In this document: positions 62,101-64,000 of the stretch, piece after piece | Layout of the letters: the number at the start of each line of letters is the position of its first letter | Numbering within the stretch: the stretch's first letter is position 1 | Source of the DNA: Thalia democratica | Taxonomy: Eukaryota | Reading direction: 5' to 3' | Assembly (NCBI GenBank): GCA_965202585.1 | Contig: OZ241827.1 | Location: 51,460,001-51,524,000, forward strand | Length of the DNA: 64,000 nucleotides | Translations under genes and position numbers: made by a program | The notes under the pieces: generated by a model | Seen by the model: only the letters and a program-made list of their open reading frames with translations | What the model was told of the DNA's origin: nothing | Database searches by the model: none

Positions 62101-62390
62101 TTGTGGGGGCGTGAGTCAAGTGTGAGGGGGTCTGTGCGGAGCGTGGCAAACAACAAGCCACTTAATCATTGTTGTACAAATTGAACGTGACAAACGGTCA
62201 CTTGTCAACCTGCCCTGAATGTCAATTGTTTTCGCGATTAGACCAGCATGACAATGGAGCTGAGAGGCCTCTCGACGGCATTGTGTTGTTTATCAAAAAT
62301 TTGGGCTAATTTTGTGCCGTGCGCTTTTACCGCGCTTACAGCTTTATTGAAAAACTAAAAATCAAAAGTTGATATAAAAAGAAAAACGGT

Positions 62391-62482
62391 TATAAAGGGT
62401 TATTTTTATTTTTTAGTTATTAGCGTTTTAAAAAGAAGAAGTTTGAGTTTTGACATAAAAAATGTTTGCAGCTGAGGTGAGT
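62391..62482 (+). promoter_or_regulatory. Possible promoter and first coding mini-exon (MFAAE) of a downstream gene
   Basis: CpG-rich 61950-62340, TATAAA at 62391, AAAAA-ATG at 62462, donor GAG/GTGAGT at 62477. Confidence 0.3.
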
Positions 62483-64000
62483 GGCTTAGTTTTGATAACA
62501 GCTGAGAATTAACTACAAGATATTAAAACTTTTTTCAAAAGATGCAAGCTCACAACATAAAGTTTGCATTAGTCTTAGTCGGATTTATTACAAAAAAAAA
62601 CGTTTGTTAATTTCAATTATAGATAACTTGAAAATAAGTGTGTCTCGAGAAGTCGACACAATGTAAAAAATAAACCGACAAACTAAAAACGTGTAAAGTT
62701 GTTTGTAAACAGTTTTAGTACATTAGATTTATCTATACTTTAAATAAAAATAGAACATTTTATCTTACAAAAAGTAAATTTTGATTCATGTAGTATCATA
62801 GCACAGGAAAACAATTAAAGAGAGGTTTTTAGATATTAAACAAAACTAATTAAACTTTGTTAAACAATATATCTTTATCATAAACAATTTTTATACATAC
62901 AAGTTTGTACACATGACTCAGAAGTACAAGCTAATGTATTAAAGCTAATAACAAGATGTTATAACACGTTTTGTAACTAGTATAACGTCTCTTATGATAA
63001 TTATTTACAACAAAATCTTTTGTTTTAAAGACTAGTTCTTACCTTAGAACTTAATAAAACTAAAAAAAAACCTAAATCAAATTTAATTTTGGTTTTAGTA
63101 TTATTTTGACATACAACTTTATTTTACTTGAATTAAAACATCTTATTTAGAAAAAAAATATTAAAAAAGTTGTCAACAATTTAAACTTTACATAAAAATC
63201 AACAGTTTTATATTGGTCCTCATGTAGATTAAAAAAAAATTATGTAAGTGAAGTGAGAACATGGGGTATTTAAAATAAAGGTTGACAAGAAAACTTGTTT
63301 AATAAAAGTTTATCGTTTATAAAGTTATTCAAAAAAGATTAAAACAGTTTGATTTTCTTAAAAACTAAAAAGTTATCAAATAATTGTACTTTCGAATATT
63401 AATTAAAATAAACAAAACAGAGCTTTATTTTTAAAAACTTTAATTCAAAGATAATCCTTTTTTAATACTAATATATTACTCAACAATACCTAAAAAAACC
63501 AAGACTAAAAATTTCATAACATTTTTTACAAACCTTCCTTACTTATCAAATTTAATTTTTAATAGTAGTTTAAAAAAAGTTAGCATATGTTTGAGAGATG
63601 TTGTCAGTAAATGAAAAATTTTAACTATCTTAATGTAGTATGTACATAATATTAAGTACATAAGCATGATACAAACAAAGTTTAAAATATGATTATCTCA
63701 CAACACGTATAAGAAGTTGCAAAAAAAAGTTATTCAACTAAACGTGGTTTAATGGTGACCACAAAACGCACTTACTATAGTACATAGTTTACTTGGCAGT
63801 TATTTTTCAACATTGTATAGAATTAAGAAGTTTTTTAATGAAAACTAATATGTTTAGTTTAATTTTTCACATCAGCTAATTTAAATCTTCTAGTTTCTTC
63901 TAAAAAGTTAAAGCTTTTTACGAGTTCCTCTTCAAAGAAAACTTGTTTCATTTTTATCTGACACAATTAAAAAAGTAACTTTTGTTAAGACAATAGTAAA

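Overview
AT-rich eukaryotic (invertebrate-animal-like) genomic DNA with GT-AG introns and the standard genetic code. The window has two halves. Positions 1 to ~31 kb are CpG-poor and full of mobile-element debris: a recent head-to-head Penelope-like element with a hammerhead ribozyme motif, an internally deleted Tigger/pogo transposon, a non-coding LTR retroelement inserted into a decayed Tc1/mariner transposase, several MITEs and a C2H2 zinc-finger pseudogene. From ~31 kb onward the sequence is CpG-rich and I found no TE signatures. It holds a long putative regulatory region and an 11-exon headcase (hdc/HECA) homologue (+ strand, 47566-57596, 585 aa), which I assembled by hand with all splice phases consistent. 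Best candidate for something new: the headcase UAG stop is followed 2 nt later by a ~23-bp stem-loop and by a 57-codon in-frame open extension, the architecture of the known Drosophila headcase stop-codon readthrough signal. No databases or folding programs were run; all coordinates and pairings were read by eye.
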